A stretch of 64,000 nt of DNA. Source: an uncultured bacterium. Lineage in GTDB: Bacteria > Zhuqueibacterota > QNDG01 > DTFT01. The DNA is taken from NCBI GenBank assembly GCA_963736115.1, contig CAVTNR010000001.1, positions 1 through 64,000 on the forward strand. The letters run 5' to 3'. Under the pieces are notes generated by a model. It ran no database searches. It was not told where the DNA came from and was given only the letters and a program-made list of their open reading frames with translations. The translations under genes and the position numbers were made by a program. Of this stretch, positions 1-13,642 are shown in pieces; the stretch's first letter is position 1, and each line of letters opens with the position of its first letter.

Positions 1-383
1 TATGCCGGTTGAGCGACATCAACAGCCGGATGAAGGATTTCTATGATATTCTTTTTCTAATGGAAACGCGACCATTCGACGGTTTGGCACTGAGCGAAGC
101 GATCCGACTTACCTTCGAAAACCGAAGGACCGATGTCGGGTCCGCGGACAAAGTGTTCGATGCGGCCTTTCGAGAGGATGCGGACCGGAGTCGCATGTGG
201 AACGCATTTCTCGGGAAAAACGCCGATTTGAAACCGTTTATCTTTGGACATACCGTTCAGTCCCTCGAACTTTTTTTGCGGCCCATATGCGAATCGTTGC
301 TTCAGGCGCGGCCTTTTGACAGCAATTGGAATCCCGAGCGACATGACTGGACACCCTCGGCAGTGGAGGATCAGGGCGAATGA
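1..383 (+). CDS. AbiEii/AbiGii-family nucleotidyltransferase toxin, 5'-truncated by window edge
   Basis: Frame is open from the window start; contains the NSRMKDFYDI motif typical of AbiEii-like proteins; stop overlaps the next ATG (ATGA 380-383). Confidence 0.8.
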   Translation, partial: CRLSDINSRMKDFYDILFLMETRPFDGLALSEAIRLTFENRRTDVGSADKVFDAAFREDADRSRMWNAFLGKNADLKPFIFGHTVQSLELFLRPICESLLQARPFDSNWNPERHDWTPSAVEDQGE

Positions 384-3300
384 ATATATTTGAATTTCGG
401 AAAGACATTGTTAAAAATTATACTCATTTCGTCGAAAGCTTTCTCAATATCCGGGACGAAAGGATACGAAAATTCGTTCATGATGAGCTGGGGAAGGGCG
501 CATTCTGGCCGGACCCACTCATCCAGTTGAACCCGGTCTTCCACATGGGCCATACGGTATCCGATCTCGCGGACGAAGGCCTTCTGCATCCCCTTTGCCG
601 GGACATATTCCGGACCGCCAAAGGCGGATCCATCAGCCTTTATGCTCATCAGGAAAAAGCGATTCGTATTGCCCAGAAAAAAGAACCCTATGTTCTGACC
701 ACGGGAACCGGCTCCGGGAAAAGTCTCGCCTATATCATCCCCATTGTCGACCATATTCTGAAAAACGACCCGGATGCAGAGCAGGTCCGCGCAATCGTCG
801 TGTACCCGATGAATGCCTTGATCAATTCTCAGACCATGGAATTCGGCAAACTGCTTGATAACCTCGGCGCAAACCGGAATAAAATTCGGGTTGAGAAGTA
901 CACGGGTCAGGAGGATCCGGAAGAACGAGACCGGATACAGAAGCATCCTCCGCATGTAATTCTGACCAACTACGTCATGCTCGAACTCATGATGTCGCGG
1001 CCCAGAGAAAGAATTTTTGTCGAGCAGAGCCTTGCGAACCTCGATTTCCTCGTCCTGGACGAATTGCACACCTATACCGGGAGGCAGGGCTCGGACGTGG
1101 CAATGCTGGTCCGGAGGGTGCGCCAGCGTTGCGGCAATCTCCAAATCCTGTGCATCGGAACCAGCGCAACCATGAGTTCGGGTGTATCCCCCGAAGAGGA
1201 CCGCAAGGCTGTGGCTTCCGCCGCCTCGCGCCTGTTTGGTGCGGCCATTTCAACGGAACATGTCATAGACGAAACTTTGGATAGATCCATACCGATCGGG
1301 AAGACGCCATCTGTACAGGAACTGAAGGCATCCATACAGCATGAAATACCCCCGCAAACGGGTTCATTCATCCAAAATCCTCTTGCCGGCTGGCTGGAAG
1401 AATCATTCGGCCTGGATACAAGTCATGAAACCCTCAGGCGGAGGAAACCCATTTCTATTTCAGAAGGCGCCCGAAAACTGGCAGAGACCACTGGAGAGGA
1501 TTCCGAAACCTGCAGAAGCACCGTCCAAACCTGGCTCCATCAGGGAAGCGTGCTCAAACACACCGATGGAAGACCCGTGTTCGCGGTCCGTCTCCATCAA
1601 TTCTTCTCCCAGGGAGACGCCGTTTACGCGACGCTCGAATCACCGCACCATAGGGAATTCACGCTCGATGCCCAATACTACGCCGCGGACAAGAATGGGT
1701 TGAAACGATACTGGGTGCCGATTGCCTTCTGCCGCGAATGCGGGCAGGAATATTATCAGGTCTATTTCAACGAAAAAACGTCCACCTGGGAACCCAGACC
1801 ATGGGAAGAACGGGGCGAGTTTTCCGATGATTCTAAAATCGGTTTTTATTTCGCCATAGATCATCCGGAACAATCATTGTGGTCCGATGAGCGTATTGAT
1901 GAACTCCCCGACAACTGGTTCCGATACCGGGGCGACAATAAAACCCTTGATTCGAAGAAAAGACCATTCCTTCCTTTTATTAAACATGCCGGATCGGATG
2001 GAAACGTCACGGATCAGCCCTCCGGCCAATCCATCCCGGTATGGGCCATTCGAAAGCCCCTGCTGATATGCCCCCGATGCAGTACGATTTACGATAAACG
2101 GACAAGCGAGTTCAGAAAACTGACCCGGCTGTCCAGCGAAGGCCGCAGCACGGCGACCACGTTGCTGGGCCTGACCATCGTTGATCGGCTGATTCACGAG
2201 AAGGACGTGGACGTAAAGGCACAAAAACTGCTCAGTTTCACCGATAATAGACAGGACGCATCCCTTCAGGCCGGGCATTTCAACGATTTCATTCAAACCG
2301 GGTCTCCTGAGAAACGCCATATACCGCGCTCTCCCGGAAAAGGGGAGTCTCAACCACAGTCAAATAGCCGGAAAGGTTTTCGAATCCCTGAAACTGCCCG
2401 CCTCCCTTTATGCACAGAATCCCGGAGAGCTGGGGCTCCAACCGGTCCGGAATCGTGAAGCCATGACCGCTTTTCTGGAATACGCTGTGTACAGGGACTT
2501 GAAAAGGGGATGGCGTATCGTCCAGCCCAATCTGGAGCAATGCGGACTGCTTTCGATCGCATACGAGGGTCTCCGGGAGTTCTGCTCTGACCCATCCGCC
2601 TGGCAGATTCATCCCATACTAGAACAGGCCGGGCCCGAAAGCCGATTCACCGTCGTTCAGGCCTTTCTGGACCATATTCGGCAGTCACTGGCTTTGAATG
2701 CGGACTGCTTGAAGGGTGAACGGCAGGAGCAGTTGAAGAAAACCGTCAACGCCACCTTGAAGGATCCATGGACCTTTGAAGCGGACGAAAGACTGATTGA
2801 ATCGACCTGGTTCGGTTGGGGGAAAAATTACGAGGATGCCTTCAAGCTGACCCCCATCAGCGTGATCGGCCGGTATCTTCGATCCACTCAGGCTTGGCCA
2901 TTTCTGTCAAGAAAAGTAGAAACTGATGAATATCGTATTCTGCTTGAGGCGCTAGTTGACTTATTGCATCGCGCCGGTTATCTGGAATTGGAAAGAAGGG
3001 ACGAGGATTTCCGCCTGCGATTGCGGATTGACACCCTTCAGTGGATCCAGGGCGACGGGAGCATGCCTTTCGAGGACAGGATACGCATGATGCGCATGCG
3101 TTCGGAAAATACGCCGGTCATTAAAAAGGAAACGAATCCTTTCTTTACTGAATTCTATAAGGAAAAAGCCGGAATCCTGTATAAACTCCATGGCAGTGAG
3201 CATACCGGCCAGACCAAGAAGGAGGACCGCGAGGAGCGTGAGGAGAAATTCAGAGCAGGCACGCTTTCCTGTCTTTTTTGCTCCCCGACCATGGAATTGG

Positions 3301-5499
3301 GCATCGATATCAGCGATCTGGCGAGCGTGCACATGCGAAACGTGCCTCCGACGCCCGCCAATTACGCCCAGAGGAGCGGCCGCGCCGGCCGCGCAGGTCA
3401 GCCGGCATTCATTTCGACGTATTGTTCATTCGGAAACGGGCATGATCAGTATTTTTACCGCAGGCCCTCGGACATGGTTTCCGGAATTGTCGTGCCTCCC
3501 CGGTTCGACCTTTCCAATGAGGATTTGATCCGCTCCCATATCCATTCGGTGTGGATTTCATTCGTCGGTCTGGATCTCGGCAATTCCATCGCGGAGATTC
3601 TGAACCTGTCGGATTCGGCGCTTCCGTTGAAGGATGAAATTGCCCATCATATTCAGCTCTCGGATGACCGAAAAAAAGAATGCGTGCGGATCTGCCGCGA
3701 GGTGATTCGTCAATGCGAATCGGAGCTTCGAGACGCCGACTGGTTCGATGAAGAGTGGGTGATGAAAACCATCAACAGCACGCCGATGGCATTCAACGAA
3801 GCGTTCAATCGATGGCGTGAATTGTATCAGGTCGCGCACGATCAACTGGAGGAATCCCAGAAGAAACTTCGAGAAATCCACCAGAAGGGATTGAATCAGA
3901 AGGATCAGAACCGGGCCCGTGCGATGGAATCCGAGGCCCTTGAACAAAAAAGCATCTTGTGCAACACCATGCAAGGGCAGGACCATTGCGGATTTTTATC
4001 CATACCGGTATCTGGCAAGCGAAGGCTTTCTACCGGGATACAATTTCCCGAGAATCCCCGTGAGGGCGTATATATCCGATAAAAAGAAAGGGGTATACCT
4101 CTCGAGGCCCCGGTTCCTCGCATTGTCGGAATTCGGACCGAGAAACGTTATTTACCACGAAGGCCAGAAATACAGAGTTTACAAAAGCCTGATCCCCATT
4201 CAGAGGCAGGAAAATCCGTTTATTCGGGCAAAACTGTGTAAACGCTGCGGTGCTTTCCACATGTTAGACGTGGAGAATGCGGACACCTGCGAACATTGCG
4301 GAATGCAACTGGACGCGGAAAACAGCGAATTCATGCAGAAGCTCTTCGAGATCACGCCTGTGGACACGCAGAAATGGGAACGGATCAACTCCAATGAAGA
4401 GGAGCGCCTGCGCAAGGGATTCCAGATTACCACGCATTTCCGGTTTTCACGGAAAGAAGGTAAGGAAAACGTCATCCCCGCGCAAAGCGAAAACCGGAAC
4501 GGCACTACTTTACTGGAAATGCGTTACGGGCCTGCCGCCGACCTGTGGCGCATCAACAGAAAGTGGAAGAGGAAAAAGGAAGTAGGATTCACGTTGAATC
4601 TGAATATGGGCCTTTGGGGTAAAGATCCAGAAGAAGCGGAAGACACGGCCCTGAATACGGGAAATCAGGGGAACCAATGGCCTGTTTTCCCCTTTGCGAG
4701 GGATGTCCGGAACATACTCCTGATCCGCTCCGGACAATCAAACCCACTGGACGAAGCCCGTTTGACCAACCTTCAACACGCCCTGCACAAGGCGATGTGC
4801 GCTGTTTTTCAGGTGAATGAATCTGAAATTCATTCCGAACGGCTGGGCGAGGATTCAGAACGGAGTATTCTTCTGTGGGAAGCCGCCGAAGGCGGTGTCG
4901 GGGTACTGCGAGAAAATCGTGGAGGATCCCGGCATCTTGGGTCGAATCGCCAAAAATGCCCTGGAAATATGCCATTTCAATCCGGAAACGGGGAAGATCT
5001 CCTCCCTGAAGATCAATGCGCAAAGGCCTGTTATTACTGCCTGATGGCCTACCGGAACCAGGGCGATCATGCGTCGCTGGACAGGCATCAGATCAGAGAT
5101 CTTCTTATGGAATTATCCCAAAGCCGTACATTGAAAGGCCAACAGCAATATACCTACGATGAACAATATGCCCATCTGCGACGATGTACGGACGCGCGCT
5201 CCAAGCTTGAAAAGGATTTTCTCGATTGTCTTTACCGTGAAAGACGAAGACTGCCGGATGAGGCGCAGAAACAGCTTTCGGATTACTTCAGCGTGCCGGA
5301 TTTCTTCTATGAGAAAGGGTATGTGTGCGTCTTCTGCGACGGCAGTGTGCATGACGATCCCATCCAGAAGGAGAAGGATGCGCAGATCCGGCCCAAGCTT
5401 GAAGACGGCGGGTTCGGCGTCATCGTGACACGGTACGACCGCCCCCTTGAGGAGCAAATACTGGAAAACCAGGATGTTTTCGGGAAGACAGGAGAATGA
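380..5499 (+). CDS. Large DEAD/DEAH-box helicase with DUF1998 (MrfA/YprA-like Zn domain) and C-terminal Vsr/DUF559-like nuclease; frameshifted
   Basis: Walker A TGTGSGKS, VYPMNALIN, DELH, SAT, FTDNRQDASLQAGH, TMELGIDI, YAQRSGRAGR, CAKACYYCL, and C-terminal PDFFY..FCDGSVHD. Split over ORFs 380-2458, 2463-4082 and 3919-5499 by 1-nt indels near 2300, 2440, 3980 and 4900-4990. Confidence 0.88.
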
Positions 5500-8336
5500 G
5501 TACGCCCTCCATCGGATCACTCGTACGGTTTCGAGGCAGAGAATGGATTATCATCCCTTCCAATCAGAAGGATACTCTTCTTCTGCGGCCGCTTCGGGGG
5601 AGTGAATCGGATACAACAGGCGTTTTTCTGCCCCTCGAAGGCGACAGCCTGGAATCGGTATCCTTTCGGCTGCCAGATACGAGCGATCTAGGGGATTACG
5701 AGTCCGTGCGTCTGTTCGGGGATGCAGGCCGCCTGATGCTCAGGAACGGCGCAGGTCCTTTCAGATCGATTGGCCACCTTTCTTTTCGTCCCCGGCCGTA
5801 TCAATTGGTACCACTGCTGATGGCTTTGCGTCTGGATCCGGTGCGTATGCTACTGGCAGACGATGTGGGAGTCGGCAAGACCATAGAAGCCGGACTGATA
5901 GCCAGAGAATTGTTGGACAGGGGGGATGCGCGGCGGCTCGCCGTTCTCTGCCCGCCCCATCTCTGCGATCAGTGGCAAAAGGAGTTATCGCAGAAATTTC
6001 ACAGCGATGCAAAGATTGTCGGCACCCATACTCTGGCCCGGCTGGAAAGAAATCTGCCGAAACAGAACCTTAGCATATTTGAATACTACCCGCATTTGAT
6101 TGTCAGTATTGATTTTGTGAAGTCGCAGAGAAGAAGGGACGCATTTCTTCTGCATTGCCCCGATCTGGTCATCATTGATGAAGCTCACGGCTGCGCAAAA
6201 CCCGCTGGGCAATCACTATCACAGCAGCAAAGGCATGAATTTGTGCACCTCATTGCCCAGAAAAAAGATCAGAACCTCATCCTTGTCACAGCAACCCCGC
6301 ACAGCGGGATCGAAGAATCCTTCCTGTCTTTGCTCGGATTCATTCATCCGGATTTTTCCTGTCTGGATTTGTCCACACTCGATAAAGAAAGTCGATCGAA
6401 TCTCTCTAGGCATTTTGTACAACGTGCCCGGGGCGATATCCGGCATTGGATGGATACAAGCAAAATTTCCGCAACGGGAATCAATTGAAGTGTCCTATTC
6501 TTTGAGTAATCCAGAAAAATAAAAAACTGTCAAGGATGTTTTTAAATTTGCGCGTGAGATAGTGCGGTCGATTCCACAAAAAATCAGTCGCGAATCAGAG
6601 TCAGGCATTGGGCGGCTCTTGCATTGCTTCGGTGTGTCATGTCGAGTCCCGCAGCCGCGCAAGCGGCTCTAACGCCAGGTTGGAACGGCTGCGAAAGGAA
6701 GAATCCGAGAGTGAGCCTGATTTTTCATCGGATGTATACGATCCCACAGATGTTGAAAACATTACGGACGTGGTTCCGTCACACGTCATTCGCGAAGAGA
6801 AAATCGAATATACCGAACAGGAATTGCGGAAATTACTGACGTTTTACAAGGCCGCTGAAAACATCAAGGAATCTGATGACACGAAAATAATTAAAACGAT
6901 TGATATTATCAGGAAATTGCTGAAGGCTGGGTATAAGCCAATCATTTTCTGCAGTTTTATCGCGACAGCCGATTATGTGGCGAAAGAAATCGAATCTAGG
7001 TTGAAAAAGGAGTTTAAAAATATCCATGTGGGTTCAGTCACAGGTTCCCTGTCGGATGAGGAACGCGAGATCAAGATCGAGGAACTCGGTCAATCGGCTG
7101 TCCGCGTCCTGGTGGCGACCGATTGCATGAGTGAGGGGATCAACCTCCAACAGCATTTCAATGCCGTACTGCACTATGATTTGCCGTGGAATCCCAACCG
7201 CCTGGAACAGCGGGAGGGACGAATTGATCGGTTCGGACAGACTTCCGAAGTCGTCAAAGCATATATCCTTTATGGCGCTGATAATCCGATCGATGGTGCC
7301 GTTTTAGAGGTGTTGCTCAGAAAAGCCCAGAAGATACACAAGACTCTTGGAATCTCAGTGCCGATACCCGTCGAAAGCGAAAGCGTCATGGATTCGGTCT
7401 TTCACGCTTTATTCCTGCGTACGGGCGACAGTCCTCAATTGGGAATGTTCGACGATCTGCCTCCGGTGGTGGATGTTCAGCGAAAATGGGACAGAGCCGT
7501 GGAACGTGAACGGCAAAGCAGGAGTGTATTCGCCCAGCATGCCATACGACAAGAAGAAGTGGCTTCGGAATTCCAGCAAACGGACACCATACTGGGAATC
7601 CCGAGACTGTCCGGCGATTTGTGTCGACGGCCATGCAGAGATTAAATTGTCCGTTGAAGAAATCGAATGAGTGTTGGAAAATCGATATCGATCATCTGCC
7701 GGCTCTTTTACGTGAAAAGCTAAAAAATAACCCATTAAAGACCATTGTTTTTGATCGCAACCATCTGATGAAGATGCCATTCCTATATCACGGAATCACA
7801 TGTTGACAAGTACATTGTCGGAGTACTTTTTTGATATTGCTTTGAATCCGAACGGAGACAGAAAAATATCCGCGCGCGCTAGTGTCATCCGATCTTCAGA
7901 GGTAAAAAAAGCAACCACGATATTAATTCTTCGATCCAGGTACCTTATAAAAAGAGGGCAGAATCAAACAGTATCATTAGCCGAAGAATGCATCACAACT
8001 GGATTTAAAGGGCTGCCTGGAAATGCGGAATGGATGGATTCATTACAGGCGGAAAAATTTTTCTATACGATCAAGCCGACAGCCAATGTGACGGATAACG
8101 ATAAAAAACATTGGATTACAAGGATTATGTCGGAATTTAAGCCTATTGCGGCCTATATCCATCAAATGGCAAACGAAAAAACAAAGAGCTTTTCGATTCC
8201 TATACTAAATTTCGGAAGGCGACAAAGGGGCAAGAGGGTCACGATAGAACCGATTCACCCCATGGACGTGCTGGCGTTACTGGTGGAGTGCTCTGCCGGA
8301 GCCGAAGGTTTGATTTTATCGGCTGGGATGCATTAG
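5496..8336 (+). CDS. SNF2-family helicase (DrmD-like); frameshifted, 3' end approximate
   Basis: GSLVRFRGREW N-terminus, LLADDVGVGKTIEAG, DEAH, TATPH, ATDCMSEGINLQ, YDLPWNPNRLEQREGRIDRFGQ. Pieces 5496-6488, 6608-7645, 7621-7806, 7800-8336; ATGA overlap with the upstream helicase. Confidence 0.85.
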
Positions 8337-8370
8337 AGATTAAACGATTAAACGTGAAGGGACGACAGAT

Positions 8371-10175
8371 ATGAATATTACGCCAAAAAATTAACGATAG
8401 CCCAATTATTTGCTACTCCTAATGAACAATTTATTGTGCCACCATATCAAAGGCGATATGCCTGGGGTCATAGTCAATATATGGCTCTATATGAAGATAT
8501 AAATATGCTAAAAGAAAATGATGCTCATTTGTTTGGAATGATGATACTTCATACAGGCATACATACTGGTGGTATTAATAGGCCGGAGATAGTTGACGGT
8601 CAACAACGATTGACTACACTAATAATTTTATTGAAAGCATTCGAGATTGTATATATAGAAAAAAATAAAGATAAAAAGGCTGAAGATATTCGTAAAATGA
8701 TATTTTGTAAAGATTTAAATGACCTTGAACAGCCTAAAATAGTATTGGGAGATTTAGATAGTAGTGATATCAAGGTACTATTGAACGACGAAAATTTAGA
8801 TGCTTTGACAAATATCAACATTAAAACTGCATTCATGGAGTATAAAAATAAACTTTCAGAATTAAATATTGAGAATATGAATAAGTTATTTTACAAGTTA
8901 ACAAATATCGCTGTTATTATTAGGCTTGATGTAGGAATGGCCAAGGATGCTTATAAGCTGTTCGAGACAATTAATAATCGCGGATTACGCCTTACGCCTA
9001 CAGATATTATTAAAAACTTTTTACTTGGGCATGCGGCAAAGATTGACACAGATCAAACACTGAATAGCGTGAAAACTTTATGGTCGAAAATTATTTGCAA
9101 TATGGATTCTTTAGATTCGGATGATTTTTTAAGACAATATATGTGTTCGGCAATACATAGAAAAATGCCAATGTCAAAATTGGTATTTGAGTTTAAAAAG
9201 TATTACATGAAATAGTCGAAAAAACAGAATTACTAGCAGAATATGAATATTATCAAGCCCCTGAATTTTCAACAATATATGATGATGACGAAGAAGGTTC
9301 GGACAGCGATGATTTTAATGGTAATTCAATTCAAGAAGAAAATGGAATGAAAAAAATCAGCATCATTGAATTTCTCCGAGGATTGGAAGAATTGTCTGAT
9401 ATTTACAGAAAAATATCCTTTGAAGATTTTAAATCAAGCAAGATAAATAGAAGCCTTAAAGGTTTAAATCAAATACTTTCTAAGCCAGCATATATCTTTT
9501 TAATGCATTTTATGATAAAAAACAAATATGATGGAAAAGTGAAGGAAAGAGTATTGAAGTACATCGAAACATTAATGCTTCGAAGACATGTTTGTGAAAA
9601 AAAGACAAGCGAAAATGATGACATTTTCTCTAAAATGGTTCCACTTCTTGAAAAAGAGAATATTGTTGATGAAATTATTATTTTCATAAATGAAAATGGC
9701 TATATTCCTGACGACAACTGAATTTAAAGAAATGTTGCCTAAACATCAATTTAAGGGAAAACTGATAGACAGAGCAAAGTACGTTCTAGAGTGTATTGAA
9801 TATTACAAAAGAGGTAACACAGATGAATTAATTGTATCGTCAAATGATGAAGTTCATCTGGAACATATTATACCTCAGTCAATTAGCACAAATAAATCAA
9901 AAGAAGAATTCGGTGATTGGGAAAAATATCTTGGAGATAGAAGCTTGATAAAACATAAAAAATATGTAAACTATATTGGTAATATGACGCTTTTAGGAGA
10001 AGCATTAAACATACAAGCATACAATAATCCATTTGCTAAGAAAAAAAACAGCTACCGGAAATCAAGTTTTATTATTTCTAAAGATCTGGCAAAACAAAAT
10101 GATTTTAAGTTCCAAAATGTTGAGAAAAGAGGAGAGCAGCTTACTCAAAATGCATTAAAAATTTGGAAAATATAG
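8371..10175 (+). CDS. DUF262 + DUF1524 (GmrSD-like type IV restriction endonuclease); frameshifted, AT-rich
   Basis: VPPYQRRYAW, IVDGQQRLTTL, FETINNRGLRL (DUF262); LEHIIPQ and IGNMTLL..N (HNH-like DUF1524). ATG at 8371 is followed by an indel in an A-run; pieces 8436-9215, 9347-9721, 9690-10175. Confidence 0.88.
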
Positions 10176-10209
10176 AAATATGAAATCTCTTACAAAGAAC
10201 TTCCCAGCC

Positions 10210-11114
10210 ATGAATCTGAACCGCATCCAAAATTTCCTCAACCAGCCCTATCCCTACGAATACAATCTCCGGAACCATATTCGGGGAATCGGCGGGCATC
10301 GGGCTGTTCATTTTTCTGTTCCTGACCCTGTTCAAACCATTCGAAGCGGGTAAGTATTCAGACGATCCCCTGGTCAGCATAGCCGATCAATCTGGGCTTC
10401 GGGCTGATCAGCTTCGTTGTCGGGTTCGCCTATGACGTGGCCGTGCCGAAGCTCTTTCCGTCGCTGTTCCTGTCGGACCGGCTGAAAAACAGGCACATCA
10501 TCTGGTATATCCTCGGATTGCTGTTTCTCATCGGTCTGGCGAACGCGTTCTATTTCCACGCCGTGCATCACGGCGGCACCCTGCTGCAGGATATCCTGGG
10601 TTTTCAATTCTACACGGTCGCGATCGGGTTCATTCCGGTCGTGTTCGTGCTCCTCTTGCAGAATTACTGGCACCTTCAGGAGCACATCCGCAAGGCCGAA
10701 TCCATCAACCGGGAGCTCGACGGCCCGAAGCCGGGTGCGGACGCCTTCCATCCGGAACAGCCCCTGACTTTGACCTCGGACAATGAGAAAGAAACGATAC
10801 GCGTGCCTTCCTCCAGACTGCTCTTCGTCAAATCAGCGGGCAATTACGTGGAAGTGTTCACGGAAGAGAACGGCGTTGTTCGGAAGCACCTTCTGCGGAA
10901 CACCATCAAGGCTGTCAGCGGCAGTCTCGCGGACAACGGGCTGATTCTGCAGTGCCACCGCGCCTATCTGGTCAATGTGCTGAACATCGGGAACGTGACC
11001 GGAGACTCACAGGGATTCAGGGTCACGATACGGAACACCGACCACCAGGTGCCTGTGTCCAGGGGGTATCTGAAGCAATTCAAGCAGCATATAGACCGTA
11101 TTTCCTCAAATTAA
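10210..11114 (+). CDS. Membrane-anchored LytTR-family transcriptional regulator; frameshifted 5' part
   Basis: N-terminal FLNQPYP plus transmembrane segments; C-terminal LFVKSAGNYVEV, QCHRAYLVN, VPVSRGY (LytTR domain). Confidence 0.85.
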
Positions 11115-11116
11115 GC

Positions 11117-11151
11117 CTGCCATTCGTCCCAAAACTCTGCAATTCATCCCA
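11117..11151 (+). promoter_or_regulatory. Probable LytTR-binding direct repeat
   Basis: CTGCCATTCGTCCCA (11117-11131) and CTGCAATTCATCCCA (11137-11151), 20-bp period, between the LytTR gene and the TonB receptor gene. Confidence 0.6.
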
Positions 11152-11249
11152 GACCGCTTTGAAACGGACCGGTTGAGTTCGTTACATTTTCACGATCAAA
11201 AAACGATCGTGTCACATGACCACATTCACTCAATCGGGAGAAAACGGAA

Positions 11250-13627
11250 ATGGGCAAACGGATCACGCTTCTTTTCATGGTTTTAACGGGCCTGTACGGC
11301 CGCTTTCAGCCAGACAGGGTCCATACGCGGAACCGTGCTGGACGGGGAAAGCCGCAGGCCTGTGCCTGGAGCGAGCGTACTTCTCAAGGACACGCCCCTG
11401 GGCGCGGCCGCGGATACTGCAGGGAACTACTTCATCCCGTCCGTGCCGGTCGGCTCGTACCGGGTCGAGTTCGTGTGCGTCGGGTACGAGAAGCGGACTG
11501 TGACGGACGTCATCGTCAAGTCCAACCGGACGGCTTTTGTGAACGCGGACATGACAATCAAGGCAGTGCAGGGCCAGGCGGTCAACGTGTCCGCCGGGTA
11601 TTTCAAAACGTCCGCCGCTGAGCCGGTCAGCGTTCATTCCCTGAATTACGAGGAAATCCGCAGGGCGCCAGGGGCGCGCGAGGACGTCAGCCGCATGCTC
11701 CAGAACCTGCCGGGCGTGAACCCGACCTCGGACGACCGGAACGACCTGGTGATCCGCGGGGGCAGTCCGACCGAGGTGCTCTTTCTGATGGACCGGATCG
11801 AGATTCCCAATCCCAATCACTTCGGCACGCAGGGCGCCACAGGCGGTCCGATCAGCATGATCAACACGGAATTCGTGGAAAACATGACCTTCATGTCCGG
11901 CGGTTTCACTTCGGAGTACGGCGGAAGGGTTTCGGGCGCCATGGACATCCGGCTCCGCGAAGGCAACCGCTTCGCTTATAACGGGAAGGCGGACCTGAGT
12001 TTCGGGGGCGCGGGCGGGTACCTGGAGGGCCCGCTGGGAAAGGGGAAGGGGTCGTTTCTCGTGGGGGTGCACCGGAGTTTTCTGGATGCGCTTGACGGAT
12101 GTGCTGAATTACGGCGGCACGCCGATCTATTCAAACACCCAGGGTAAGATCGTGTACGACCTGAACAGCAGGAACCGGGTGTCCTTTCAATGGCTCGGCG
12201 GGGACGACAGGATCAACATCGGGTACGAGGTCGAAAAGAACGATTTTGCCGCTGGCCGGCCGGACACGGCGGATTACCAGAAAGTCGATTTCAGGTCGCG
12301 CCAGCTCACTGCAGGCGTGAACTGGCGGTCGTTCTGGGCGGGTGATTTTTACACGCAGTTCACCCTGTCGCATTCCTACAACCGGTTCTACACGGACGTC
12401 AATGGGGTGGGCATCGCGGCGGAGAACGCGGACGGAAAACTGATCAATCGTTCCCGTGTGTTCGAAACCGGAGTGTATGACAATACGTCTACTGAAAACA
12501 TCTCCATCGCCAGGCTGGACGCGGACTGGCGGATCGGCCCAAGGGCCTCGCTCTCGTTCGGCGGCCACGTGAAACTGAACCGGTTCGACCATGACATCGC
12601 CTATGTTCCCCTGTACCCGGACGACCCGGACGCTTTCGGGCAGAAGCCGCTTCCGCTCGGAATCAAGTTCCGCCAGGAGACGACGCCGAAATCAGGAGCC
12701 TACGTCAATCTCAAGACCAGGCCGTTCACCCGGCTGACCTGCAACATCGGCGGCCGCGTCGATCAGTTCAGCCTGCTCGGAGAAACCAGTTACAGCCCGA
12801 GGTTCAACGCGTCATACGACGCGAGCGAAAGAGTCGAGTTTCACGGGGGAGTCGGCCGTTTTTATCAGAACCCGGAGTTCATCTTCATCACAAGCTCCCC
12901 CTCGAACCGGAAGAGCCTCAAGGACATTCAATGCGACCACTTCATCGCTGGCATGAACGTTCTGCTGGCGCCGAGCACTCGCCTGACGCTCGAGGTTTTC
13001 AGGAAGAACTACGACCGATACCCGGTGTCCGCGGACAGCGGGTACGAGATGATCTCAACGGCAAACACCGGGTCAGAATACGGGAGCAACGGCTATTCCG
13101 GCAAACTGGCGAGTCTTGGGCAGGGCAAGGCGGCGGGCGTGGAACTGCTGGTTCAGAAGAAAATGTCTGACCGGGTGTACGGACTCGCGTCGTATTCCCA
13201 TTCGGTGGTGCGGCACAAGGCCCTGGACAATGTGTTTCGCGACGGCGCATTCGATAACCGGAACGTGTTCAGCCTTGTGTTCGGGTGGCGTAAGAGCAGG
13301 AGCTGGGAGTTCAGCGCCAAATGGCGCTATGCGGGCGGAACGCCGTACACGCCGTACGACCGGCAGGCTTCGATCGCCGCGAACGAGGGCAGGCTCGACC
13401 TCTCCCGCGTGAACGAGAGCCGGTATCCCGATTACCACAGGCTCGACCTGCGCGTGGACCACAGGGAATACTACAGAAAGGGCTCGCTGGTCGAGTATTT
13501 CTCGATCGAGAACGTGTACGGCAGGCAGAACGTGCTGAACGGCTTTTGGAGCAACAGAAAGCAGGGGATGGATTTCAATTATCAGACCGGGTTTTTCATT
13601 ATCGGGGGGGTCAGTTACGAGTTTTGA
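11250..13627 (+). CDS. TonB-dependent receptor with carboxypeptidase-regulatory-like N-domain; two frameshifts
   Basis: Signal peptide, GSIRGTVLD, plug LQNLPGV..RGG, GGFTSEYGGRVSG, beta-barrel ending in YEF. ORFs 11335-12147 and 12086-13627. Confidence 0.9.
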
Positions 13628-13642
13628 ACGTGATTGGTCCGG

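Noticed and set aside
380-8336. Canonical DISARM, Druantia or BREX call
   Set aside because: No methyltransferase, PLD (DrmC), PglZ or Druantia partner genes are visible in the window.
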